A stretch of 64,000 bases of DNA from contig CAVWIH010000020.1 of assembly GCA_963755025.1 (NCBI GenBank), positions 100,699-164,698 of the forward strand. The letters are read 5' to 3'. The notes beneath the pieces were generated by a model, which worked only from the letters and a program-made list of their open reading frames with translations, ran no database searches and had not been told where the DNA came from. The stretch comes from an uncultured Actinomycetes bacterium (GTDB lineage: Bacteria > Actinomycetota > Thermoleophilia > UBA2241). Made by a program: the position numbers and the translations under genes. The number at the start of each line of letters is the position of its first letter. The first letter of the stretch is position 1. Shown one piece after another: positions 11,051 through 19,167 of the stretch.

Positions 11051-11206
11051 GTGTCCAAGCTCAGAGACGACTTCTCAAAGAAAGACTGGAAGGAGTGCTG
11101 CGGCAAGGGCTGCAAGAAGTGCGCCGTGCACAACGCCTACCTCGACGCCTACGGCAAAAAAGAAGGCGAGAAGAAGTTCGCCAAGGACTACGACAAGATG
11201 CACTGA
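11051..11206 (+). CDS. 51-aa Lys/Cys-rich small protein (CCGxGCxxC)
   Basis: AAGGAG RBS and GTG start, host-like codon usage, followed by a hairpin. Confidence 0.75.
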   Translation: MSKLRDDFSKKDWKECCGKGCKKCAVHNAYLDAYGKKEGEKKFAKDYDKMH

Positions 11207-11213
11207 CCGGCGC

Positions 11214-11253
11214 GAGGGGCCGGGGCGCACGTACCGTCGCGCCCCGGCCCCTC
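11214..11253. terminator. Hairpin between convergent genes
   Basis: GAGGGGCCGGGGCGC...GCGCCCCGGCCCCTC inverted repeat. Confidence 0.6.
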
Positions 11254-11264
11254 CCTCGTCGTCT

Positions 11265-12095
11265 CTAAAAGATCTCGGGGACGAAGGTCTGGTCTTCGTA
11301 GGGCGGGCGCATGTAGCCCTTGTCTTCGCGGCGCGGCGGCAGCTTGAAGGGCTTGGGTGTGAGATCTTCGTAGGGGATGACGCTCAGCAGGTGGCTGATC
11401 ACGTTCAGGCGGGCGCGCTTTTTGTCGTCTGAGTTGACCACGAACCAGGGCGAGCGCTTGGTGTCGGTGTAGTGGAACATCTCGTCTTTGGCGCGCGAGT
11501 ACTCGACCCACTTGTCCCAGCTGGCGAGGTCCATCTCTGAGATCTTCCAGCGCTTGGTGGGGTTCAGGATGCGGTCTTTAAAGCGTCGCTCCTGCTCTTC
11601 GTCGCTCACGCTGAACCAGTACTTCACGAGGATGATGCCGCTGCGGATGAGCATCTCCTCGAACGGCGGGCACGAGCGAAAGAACTCGTTGACCTCGTCT
11701 TCGCTGCAGAACCCCATGACGCGCTCGACGCCGGCCCGGTTGTACCAGGAGCGGTCGAAGATGACCCACTCGCCGGCGGCCGGCAGGTGCGGGACGTACC
11801 GCTGAAAGTACCACTGGCTGATCTCGCGTTCTGTGGGCACGCCCAGGGCGACCACGCGCACGAAGCGCGGGTTCAGCGTCTCGGTGACGCGCTTGATGGT
11901 GCCGCCCTTGCCGGCCGCGTCGCGGCCTTCGAAGATGGTGACCATCTTGAGGCCGCGCTCCCTGATCCACTCCTGCAGCTTGACGAGCTCGATCTGCAGC
12001 CTGCCCAGCTCTTTTATGTAGGTGCTGTCGTCGAGCTTCTTGCGTTGCGGTTCGACGTCGTCGAGCGCATCGGGTTTATCGGGAGTCACGTCCAC
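11265..12095 (-). CDS. ppk2: Polyphosphate kinase 2 (single domain)
   Basis: FEGRDAAGKGG (Walker A), FDRSWYNRAGVERVMGF, KYWFSVS. Confidence 0.96.
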   Translation of the reverse strand: MDVTPDKPDALDDVEPQRKKLDDSTYIKELGRLQIELVKLQEWIRERGLKMVTIFEGRDAAGKGGTIKRVTETLNPRFVRVVALGVPTEREISQWYFQRYVPHLPAAGEWVIFDRSWYNRAGVERVMGFCSEDEVNEFFRSCPPFEEMLIRSGIILVKYWFSVSDEEQERRFKDRILNPTKRWKISEMDLASWDKWVEYSRAKDEMFHYTDTKRSPWFVVNSDDKKRARLNVISHLLSVIPYEDLTPKPFKLPPRREDKGYMRPPYEDQTFVPEIF

Positions 12096-12270
12096 GTCCT
12101 TCCCATGCTCGCGGCTGCCTGCGCGGTGAGCCTGATCGCCGGTCCATCTTCGTGCCGTAGTATGCCCCGTAGTCTACGCCACCAGCGCCGGCGTGCGCAC
12201 AACGGCCTGCCGCGCGCCGTCGGCCGCGAGCGTTGGCAGTGGGGCGCGGCGGGGGATAGGGTGTTGACCG

Positions 12271-13887
12271 ATGGTCTCCGTAGCAGACAGTCAAGGCGCA
12301 GGCGACGGCCCCGACGGCCGCGTCGTCGGCTTCATCGACATCGGCACCAACTCGGTGCGGCTCATGGTCGTGCGCATCTCGTCGCGGCGCTCCTACCAGG
12401 TGATCAACCTGCAGCGCGAGGTCGTGCGCCTGGGCGAAGAGGAGTTCGCCGACCACATGCTACGCCCGGCGGCCATAGAGCGCGGCGTGCTCGTGTGCCG
12501 CTCGTTTGCCGGCCTCGCCCGCAGCCACGGCGCCACCGAGGTCCTCGCCGTGGCTACCTCGGCGACTCGCGAGGCGCGCAACCAGGGCACGTTCGTGAAC
12601 CGCCTGCACGACGAGGCCGGCATCGACGTGCGCGTCGTGTCGGGCCGCGAAGAGGCGCGCCTCATCTACCTGGGCATCCAGAGCCGCGTCGAGCTCGGGC
12701 AACGCACCGTGTTCTGCTTAGACATCGGGGGCGGCAGCACCGAGGTCATCGTGGGCGACACGCGCCGCCATCTCTTTCTCGACAGCCTGCCGCTGGGCGC
12801 CGTGCGCCTGGCCGGCGACCCGGCCCTGCCCGACGTCTCGGGCCGTGTCTCGGGCGACGATTACCAGCGGCTGCAGCGCGCCGTGCGCCTGGCGTCGGTG
12901 CACGCCGTGGCCGCCGTGCGCAAGTTCGACATAGACGGCGCCTACGGCACCTCGGGCACGGTGCGCAACGTGGCCGCGGTCGCCGCCCGCGTGCTGCACG
13001 ACCGCGAGCCGCAGCGCGACGAGACGGCGAGCCTCGCCGACGTGCGCAAGGTGGTCAAGCTGCTGCGCGGACTGTCGCTCGACGAGCGCCGCAAGGTGCC
13101 CGGCCTCAACCCCGACCGCGCCGACATCGTGATCGCCGGCGCCGTCGTGCTCGAGACCCTGATGAGCGACATCGGCCTGCCCTCAGTGACGGCTCTGAGC
13201 GAAACGGGCTTGCGCGACGGCCTGCTCATGGACTACCTGTCGCGCGGTCCCGACGCCGCCCTGGTGCACGAGCTCAGCGTGCGCGAGCGCAGCGTCTGGC
13301 GCCTGGTGCACGCCTGCGGCGCCGACGAAGACCACGCCCGCCACGTGGCGCGCCTGGCGCTCGAGCTCTTCGACAGCTCGCGCGAGGCCGGCTTTCACGC
13401 GCTCGGCGACGAGGAGCGCGAGCTGCTCGACTACACCTCGCTGCTGCACGATGTGGGCACGTTCGTGTCGTACCCCGACCACCACCACCATTCGGCGTAC
13501 CTCATCGCCAACGCCGACATGCTGGGCTTCGACCAGCGTGAGATCGCCATCATGGCGGCCACCGCGTTGTTCCACCGCAAGTCGGCGCCCGGCGTGCGCT
13601 ACCCGGCCTTCGCCCAGCTCGACCAGCCGGCGCGCGCCACGGTGCGCAACCTGGCCAACCTGCTGCGGCTGGCCGAGCGCCTCGACCGCAGCCATAGCGC
13701 GGTCGTGCGCCACGCTCGTCTGGTGGCCGACGGCCGTCGCTCGCTCAAGCTGCTGCTCACCACCACCGGGCCGGCGCGCCTTGAGCTCTGGGGCCTCGAG
13801 AACCGGCGCGTGTCGATGGAGAAGGCCATGGGGCGTCGCCTGAGCATCGAGGTCGAGTCGTCGTCGGGCAGCGACGACGACTCCTAG
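12271..13887 (+). CDS. ppx: Exopolyphosphatase Ppx/GppA with HD domain
   Basis: IDIGTNSVRL, ATSATREARN, DIGGGSTE, RADIVIAG, GLRDG, LLHDVG...HHHHSAYLI. Confidence 0.94.
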   Translation: MVSVADSQGAGDGPDGRVVGFIDIGTNSVRLMVVRISSRRSYQVINLQREVVRLGEEEFADHMLRPAAIERGVLVCRSFAGLARSHGATEVLAVATSATREARNQGTFVNRLHDEAGIDVRVVSGREEARLIYLGIQSRVELGQRTVFCLDIGGGSTEVIVGDTRRHLFLDSLPLGAVRLAGDPALPDVSGRVSGDDYQRLQRAVRLASVHAVAAVRKFDIDGAYGTSGTVRNVAAVAARVLHDREPQRDETASLADVRKVVKLLRGLSLDERRKVPGLNPDRADIVIAGAVVLETLMSDIGLPSVTALSETGLRDGLLMDYLSRGPDAALVHELSVRERSVWRLVHACGADEDHARHVARLALELFDSSREAGFHALGDEERELLDYTSLLHDVGTFVSYPDHHHHSAYLIANADMLGFDQREIAIMAATALFHRKSAPGVRYPAFAQLDQPARATVRNLANLLRLAERLDRSHSAVVRHARLVADGRRSLKLLLTTTGPARLELWGLENRRVSMEKAMGRRLSIEVESSSGSDDDS

Positions 13888-13914
13888 AGCTTGCCGGCCT
13901 GTTCGCGGCGCGAT

Positions 13915-16269
13915 CTAAAGCTCGCCGACCACCGTGCCCAGCCGGCGACCGAAGTCGGCGCCGCGGATCTTGGCCCACATCTCGGGGAAGGTGTCGACCA
14001 GGCGGTTGAGCTCGCCCTGGCGCGTGGCAAGGTACGTGGCCACTCCCGGGGCGATGATCATGGTCATGGCGCGGCGCATGTTGCCCACCGGCGGTTCCCA
14101 GCTGCCCCAGGTCAGGAAGTTGCGCAGGATGGTGCAGGTCACGACCGCGTCCTGCAGGTCGCCCAGGTGGTCCTGCATCTCCTTGGTGGTGCTCACCAGC
14201 GGCTTGGCCTGCGAGCCGAGGACCTCTTCGAAGAACTCGAAGGTGTAACGCAGGCTCTTGCCGGCGATGCGCAGCCGGTGAAAGCGCACGAGCGGCGTGT
14301 CGTGGCCGCCGATCACGTCGTCGTAGGCCCAGACCGCCGCGACGCGGTCGTAGAGCACGGCGGGCAGGACGTGCCCCACGCGGTGCGGGCGCGCCTCGCC
14401 GTCGTCTGAGACAAAGGCGAGGCTGACCGCCGCGGGGTCTTCGAGCAGGCCGGTGAGGCTCTCGACGAACCTTGGGTAGCGGTCGCCGTCGAGGTAGGCG
14501 AGCAGCGCGGCGCGCGCTTCGAGGCGGCGCTCCGCCCACACGGCGAGCAGCGGGTCGAGGTCGCCGTGGCGCTCGGCGGGCAGCGAGTCGAGGTAGCGCA
14601 TGGTCTTCTCGTGAAAGACGTCGAGGTCGCGCACGGCGCCGAGCATGTGACCGGTGCGCTTGAGGCCGCGTTCGACCGGGCGCAGGGCGTGGGCGTCGAG
14701 GTAGGGCTCGAAGACGCGCAGCGCGGCCCTCATGCGGCGCGTGGCGACGCGCATGTCGTGCAGGTCTTCGATGTCGTCGTCGGCGCGCGTGCCGGCTTCG
14801 TGTTCGAGCATGCGGTCAAGGTGAAAGCGCAGCGTCTTGAAGGCGGCCTCGGCCATGGTGTCGGTCGCCCGTATGCCGGGGCGCGGGGCGCGAGCGCCGC
14901 GCGGCGCCGGCGTGGCGGCCGGCCTGGCTGGAGCTTCGACTGCGGGGGGCGCCTGCTCGGCCGGCGCGGCAGCCGCACCACCTTGCGCCTCGCCTGCCAC
15001 GGACTTGCTCGCTGGCGTGGGTACCGGCGGCGCGTGGAGCGCGGCGGCGGCTGCCGCGGCAGCCTTGTGCGCGCGCTTGGCCTGGCTGCGCAGCTTCTTG
15101 GCGGCGCGGCGCTCGGCGTCGGCGTCGGCTTCGGCGGCCGGCGCCACTTTGCCGATCGCCGCGGCGGGCGTTGCCGCGCCGGCACCCGGGGCGTGCACCG
15201 CGCCGGCAGCGGCGGCCTGCACTGCGACGGCAGCCGGGGCCGCGTCGGCCGGGCGCCGCGCCGTGACGAGGCGCGCGGGGAAGATGGCGAGGCCCTCGGT
15301 GCGAAAGCGGTTGAGCCAGTAGCGCACAGTGCGCGGCGCCATGCCGGCGCGCGCCGCGGCGTCGCGCTGCAGAGCGCCGTCGTGCAGCGCCAGCAGCACG
15401 ACGGCGCGCCGCCCGACGGCGTCGGTACGCCGCGCGATGCGCGTGAGCAAGTGCGCCTGGTCGTCTGAGAGCAGGCCCGCGGCCGATGCCTCGCTTGGCG
15501 CATCGGTCTGCGGCCGGGGCTTCGCGGCGGGCTGCGGCCTGCGTGCCGCCGCAGCCTGCGCCTTGCCCTGCGACTCACCCATCGCGCCAGCCTGCGACTC
15601 GCCCTTCCCGCCAGCCGGCGTCTCGCCTTGCGCGGCGGCCATGGCGCGCTCGAACTTTGACAGCGGCTGCGGCGTGAGCGCGAAGTCGCGCTGCAGCGCG
15701 CCGGCGATGGCCGCGAGGTCGTCTTCGGTGCCGTCGCCCTTGAGCTCGGCTTCGACTTCGTGCTGGGCCGGCTGGGCGCCCTGGGCCACGACGATCGTGA
15801 GGGTGTCGAGCGAGAGCTCGGCGATGGTGCGCCCGTCGCGCGCGAGGTCGCGCGTCACGCGGTTCTGGCGCACCTCGGCGACGGGCGTCAGGGGGCGGTC
15901 GTGGCCCGCCGCGAGTACCTGCTCGCGGGCCTCGCTCGGGGGCCACGCGCTCGGCGGCGCGTCGGGCGCGAGATCGGCCGGCAGGTCGACCTCGTACTCG
16001 TCGCGGCGGTGGACGGCGCCCTGTTTGCCGTCGCCGTCGCCGGCCGGCGCGCCGCGGCGTTTGACGGTGATGAGCACGCGGTCGCCGCGGTCGCGGCGCC
16101 GGCAGACGAGGCCGGCGGCCTGCAGGTCGCGCCCGGCGGTGTCGAGGTAGACGTCGCTCATGTCGGCGACCGCGCCGCCCGCGACCTGGTAGCCGGCGAG
16201 CTCGCCGAGCTCGCCGAGACGCTCGAGGGTGGCCGCGTCGGGCGCGCTGAACTTGGCCTCTATCTCCAT
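13915..16269 (-). CDS. CYTH - helix-turn-helix - CHAD multidomain protein
   Basis: N-terminal EIEAK CYTH motif, YLDT and EVEAELK; central HTH; Ala/Pro linker; CHAD motifs LHDMRVATRRMRA, LGAVRDLDV, HRLRIAGKSLRYTFE, QDHLGDLQD. Confidence 0.9.
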   Translation of the reverse strand: MEIEAKFSAPDAATLERLGELGELAGYQVAGGAVADMSDVYLDTAGRDLQAAGLVCRRRDRGDRVLITVKRRGAPAGDGDGKQGAVHRRDEYEVDLPADLAPDAPPSAWPPSEAREQVLAAGHDRPLTPVAEVRQNRVTRDLARDGRTIAELSLDTLTIVVAQGAQPAQHEVEAELKGDGTEDDLAAIAGALQRDFALTPQPLSKFERAMAAAQGETPAGGKGESQAGAMGESQGKAQAAAARRPQPAAKPRPQTDAPSEASAAGLLSDDQAHLLTRIARRTDAVGRRAVVLLALHDGALQRDAAARAGMAPRTVRYWLNRFRTEGLAIFPARLVTARRPADAAPAAVAVQAAAAGAVHAPGAGAATPAAAIGKVAPAAEADADAERRAAKKLRSQAKRAHKAAAAAAAALHAPPVPTPASKSVAGEAQGGAAAAPAEQAPPAVEAPARPAATPAPRGARAPRPGIRATDTMAEAAFKTLRFHLDRMLEHEAGTRADDDIEDLHDMRVATRRMRAALRVFEPYLDAHALRPVERGLKRTGHMLGAVRDLDVFHEKTMRYLDSLPAERHGDLDPLLAVWAERRLEARAALLAYLDGDRYPRFVESLTGLLEDPAAVSLAFVSDDGEARPHRVGHVLPAVLYDRVAAVWAYDDVIGGHDTPLVRFHRLRIAGKSLRYTFEFFEEVLGSQAKPLVSTTKEMQDHLGDLQDAVVTCTILRNFLTWGSWEPPVGNMRRAMTMIIAPGVATYLATRQGELNRLVDTFPEMWAKIRGADFGRRLGTVVGEL

Positions 16270-16279
16270 GATGGCGCGG

Positions 16280-16760
16280 TCACCTTTCGCTTAAGAAGAC
16301 GCGCGGCGGCAGCAGCCAGACGAGCGTGCCGCGCATGGTCTGCTCGTCGAGGTCGACGCGGGCGACGCCCGCCTTCTTGACGGCCACGGTCGCGCCCGTG
16401 AGCTGCGCGATGGTGGCGCTGAAATCGGGCTCGTGGCCCACGAGCATGAGGGTGCGGGCGCCGGGGTGGTCGGCGACGACGGCCGCCAGGCGCCTGCGGT
16501 CGAAGTCGCGGGCGAGGCGCTCGTCGTCGGCGAGCCGGTCGGCGCAGCCCAGCGCCGCGGCGGCGATCTCGGCCGTCTGGCGCGCGCGCACGAGCGGGCT
16601 GCGTGAGCAGGGCGTCGACGGCGACGCCCGCGCGCGCCAGGACGTCGGCGACCAGCGCCACGACGCCGCGGCCGTCGTCGGTCAGCGGGCGCTCGGCGTC
16701 GGGGCCGTGCCAGTCGGCCCTGGAGCCCGCGGGTCCGTGGCGCAGGAAGATGATCTGCAT
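16280..16760 (-). CDS. sixA: SixA-type phosphohistidine phosphatase (frameshift near 16600)
   Basis: IIFLRHG, DAERPLT, (S)PLVRARQTA, LMLVGHEP, TLVWLLPP. Confidence 0.85.
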
Positions 16761-16769
16761 GTCGGTCCC

Positions 16770-19043
16770 TTAGCGCCCCGACGACGAGCGCCGTCGGGCG
16801 CGTTGCGAACCTTGCCGCTGGGGCGCGGGCGCGCGGTCGGCGGCGTGCGCGATGAACCAGGCCTGGCTGTCGATGGCCTCTTCGCCGTCGGCCGGATGGG
16901 CATGCACGTAGCTGCCGTCGGACTGCATGTAGCGCGCCTTGACGTTGTCGCGCAGGTAGACCCCGAGGATGTCGTCGCGCAGGCGGCGCACGATGGCCGG
17001 GTCTTCGACGGGAAAGAGGATCTCGACCCGGCGGTTAAGGTTGCGCGACATGAGGTCGGCGCTGCCCACGAGCACCTGTTCGTCGCCGCCGTTGCGAAAC
17101 CAGTAGATGCGGCTGTGCTCGAGAAAGCGGCCGACGATGCTGGTGACCTTGATGTTGTCGCTCACGCCGGGAACGCCGGGTCGCAGCGAGCACATGCCGC
17201 GCACCAGCAGGTCGATCTTCACGCCGGCCTGCGAGGCCCGGTAGAGGATGGCGATCATCTTGCGGTCGATCAGCGAGTTCATCTTGAAGACGAGGTGGCC
17301 GCCGCGGCCGGCGTTCTGGTGCTCGATCTCGCGTTCGAGCAGGGCTTCGAAGCGCTCGCGCAGGTTGATGGGGCCGACCAGCAGCTTCTTGTAATCGCGC
17401 GACCGCGAGAAGCCGGTGAGGAAGTTGAAGAGCTCGGTGGCGTCCTGGCCGATGGTCTCGTCGCAGGTGAACAGATCGAGGTCGGTGTAAAGGCGCGCCG
17501 TGACCACGTTGTAGTTGCCGGTGCCGAGGTGCAGGTAACGCCTGATGCCGTCGCCCTCGCGTCGCACGACCATGCCGATCTTGGAGTGCGTCTTGAGGCC
17601 CACGAGGCCGTAGACCACGTGCACGCCCTCGTCTTCGAGTGCGCGCGCCCACTCGATGTTGGACTCCTCGTCGAAGCGCGCCTTGAGCTCGACGAGCACG
17701 GCGACCTCTTTGCCGTTGCGGGCCGCCTCGAGCAGCGCCGCGACCGCCGGCGCGTTGCGGCCCACGCGGTAGAGCGTCATCTTGATGGCCAGCACGTCGG
17801 GGTCGTGCGCCGCGCTCTCGAGCCAGTCGATGACCGGTTCGAACGTGTCGAAGGGGCGGTGGATGAGGATGTCGTGCTTGCGGATAGAGGCGAAGATGCT
17901 GAGGTCGGGGTCGCCCAGGCCGCGCGGCACGGCCGGCACGAAGGGCGCGTCTTTGAGGTCGGGCCGGTCGAGGCCCAGCAGGTTGATGCCGCTCATGCCC
18001 AGGGGCGGGGCCACCGCCACCAGGCCGTCGGGCTCGATGTCGAGGTTGTCGACCAGGATCTGGCGTACCTCGGCGGGCGTCGATTGCTCGATCGTGAGGC
18101 GCACCACCGAGCCGAAGCGGCGGCGCAGCACGCCCTGCTCTATGGTCTCGAGCAGGTCGTCGGCCTCGAGCTCCTGAATGGACATCTCGGCGTCGCGCGT
18201 GACCCGGAAGGTGTAGACGCCGACGATCGCCATGCCGGGGAAGAGCTCGTCGAAGTCGGCCGCGATGAGCTGCTCGAGCCAGACGAAGTCGTAGCGGCGC
18301 GTCTTGGCCGCGGCCGGCAAGTCGGCGGGCGCTGGCACGGTCACCAGGCGGGGCAGCGACGACGGCACCTTGACGCGGGCGAAGAGCTGCTGGCCGTTCT
18401 CGTCGCGCAGCAGCACTGCCAGGTTGAGGCTCATGTTGGAGATGTGGGGGAAGGGCCGTCCGGGGTCGAAGGCGAGCGGCGTGAGCACCGGGAACGCGCT
18501 GCGGTCGAAGTAGGCGACGGCCGCGGCGCGCTGACCTTCGTCGAGCTCGGCGTAGTCGTGGATGACGATGCCGGCCGCGGCCAGCTGCGGCTTGATGACC
18601 GTGGCCCACGTGTCGCGCGCCTCGCGCATGAGCTCGTAGGCCTGCTCGCGGCAGGCGACGAGCTGCTCGGCGGGCGTCATGCCGTCGGTCGATAAGTCGG
18701 CGACGCCGGCTTCGACCTGCTGGCGCAGGCCGGCCACGCGCACCATGAAGAACTCGCCGAGGTTCGAGCCCAGGATAGACAGGAACTTGACGCGCTCGAG
18801 CAGCGGGTTGCGCTCGTCCTGGGCTTCTTCGAGCACGCGCCGCTGGAAGGCCAGCATGCTGAGCTCGCGGTTGATGTAGAGCGACTGGTCGCCAAGGTCG
18901 ATGGCCGCTACCGCGCTTTCGGCCTGCTCGGCCGGCGAGGCGGCGGCGGAGGCGTCGGGCTTAGGGCCGTCGCCGCCGGAAGAAGAGGTCGAACGTGAAC
19001 GGGTGGGCATAGAGGGCTCTCCCCCGGAGGTTTTACCGACCAT
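16770..19043 (-). CDS. ppk1: Polyphosphate kinase 1 (start may be 19010)
   Basis: YINRELSML, PLLERVKFL, EFFMVRVAG, IKMTLYR, ELKARFDEE, KTHSK, GTGNYN, GRFLEHSR, GSADLM. Confidence 0.97.
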   Translation of the reverse strand: MVGKTSGGEPSMPTRSRSTSSSGGDGPKPDASAAASPAEQAESAVAAIDLGDQSLYINRELSMLAFQRRVLEEAQDERNPLLERVKFLSILGSNLGEFFMVRVAGLRQQVEAGVADLSTDGMTPAEQLVACREQAYELMREARDTWATVIKPQLAAAGIVIHDYAELDEGQRAAAVAYFDRSAFPVLTPLAFDPGRPFPHISNMSLNLAVLLRDENGQQLFARVKVPSSLPRLVTVPAPADLPAAAKTRRYDFVWLEQLIAADFDELFPGMAIVGVYTFRVTRDAEMSIQELEADDLLETIEQGVLRRRFGSVVRLTIEQSTPAEVRQILVDNLDIEPDGLVAVAPPLGMSGINLLGLDRPDLKDAPFVPAVPRGLGDPDLSIFASIRKHDILIHRPFDTFEPVIDWLESAAHDPDVLAIKMTLYRVGRNAPAVAALLEAARNGKEVAVLVELKARFDEESNIEWARALEDEGVHVVYGLVGLKTHSKIGMVVRREGDGIRRYLHLGTGNYNVVTARLYTDLDLFTCDETIGQDATELFNFLTGFSRSRDYKKLLVGPINLRERFEALLEREIEHQNAGRGGHLVFKMNSLIDRKMIAILYRASQAGVKIDLLVRGMCSLRPGVPGVSDNIKVTSIVGRFLEHSRIYWFRNGGDEQVLVGSADLMSRNLNRRVEILFPVEDPAIVRRLRDDILGVYLRDNVKARYMQSDGSYVHAHPADGEEAIDSQAWFIAHAADRAPAPQRQGSQRARRRSSSGR

Positions 19044-19167
19044 TTATAGTACCCCATCGGAACGTATCGACCGTACGGCCGCCGTATGTGAGGGCGCGCC
19101 GCGCGGCGCGCTCGGCGCGCGCCGACGAGGCGCCGCGCGGCTGGGGCGTTCCGGCGTTGCGACGCGG

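Noticed and set aside
15277-15475. IS630 insertion sequence
   Set aside because: Only an in-frame HTH; no DDE domain, terminal inverted repeats or target duplication seen.
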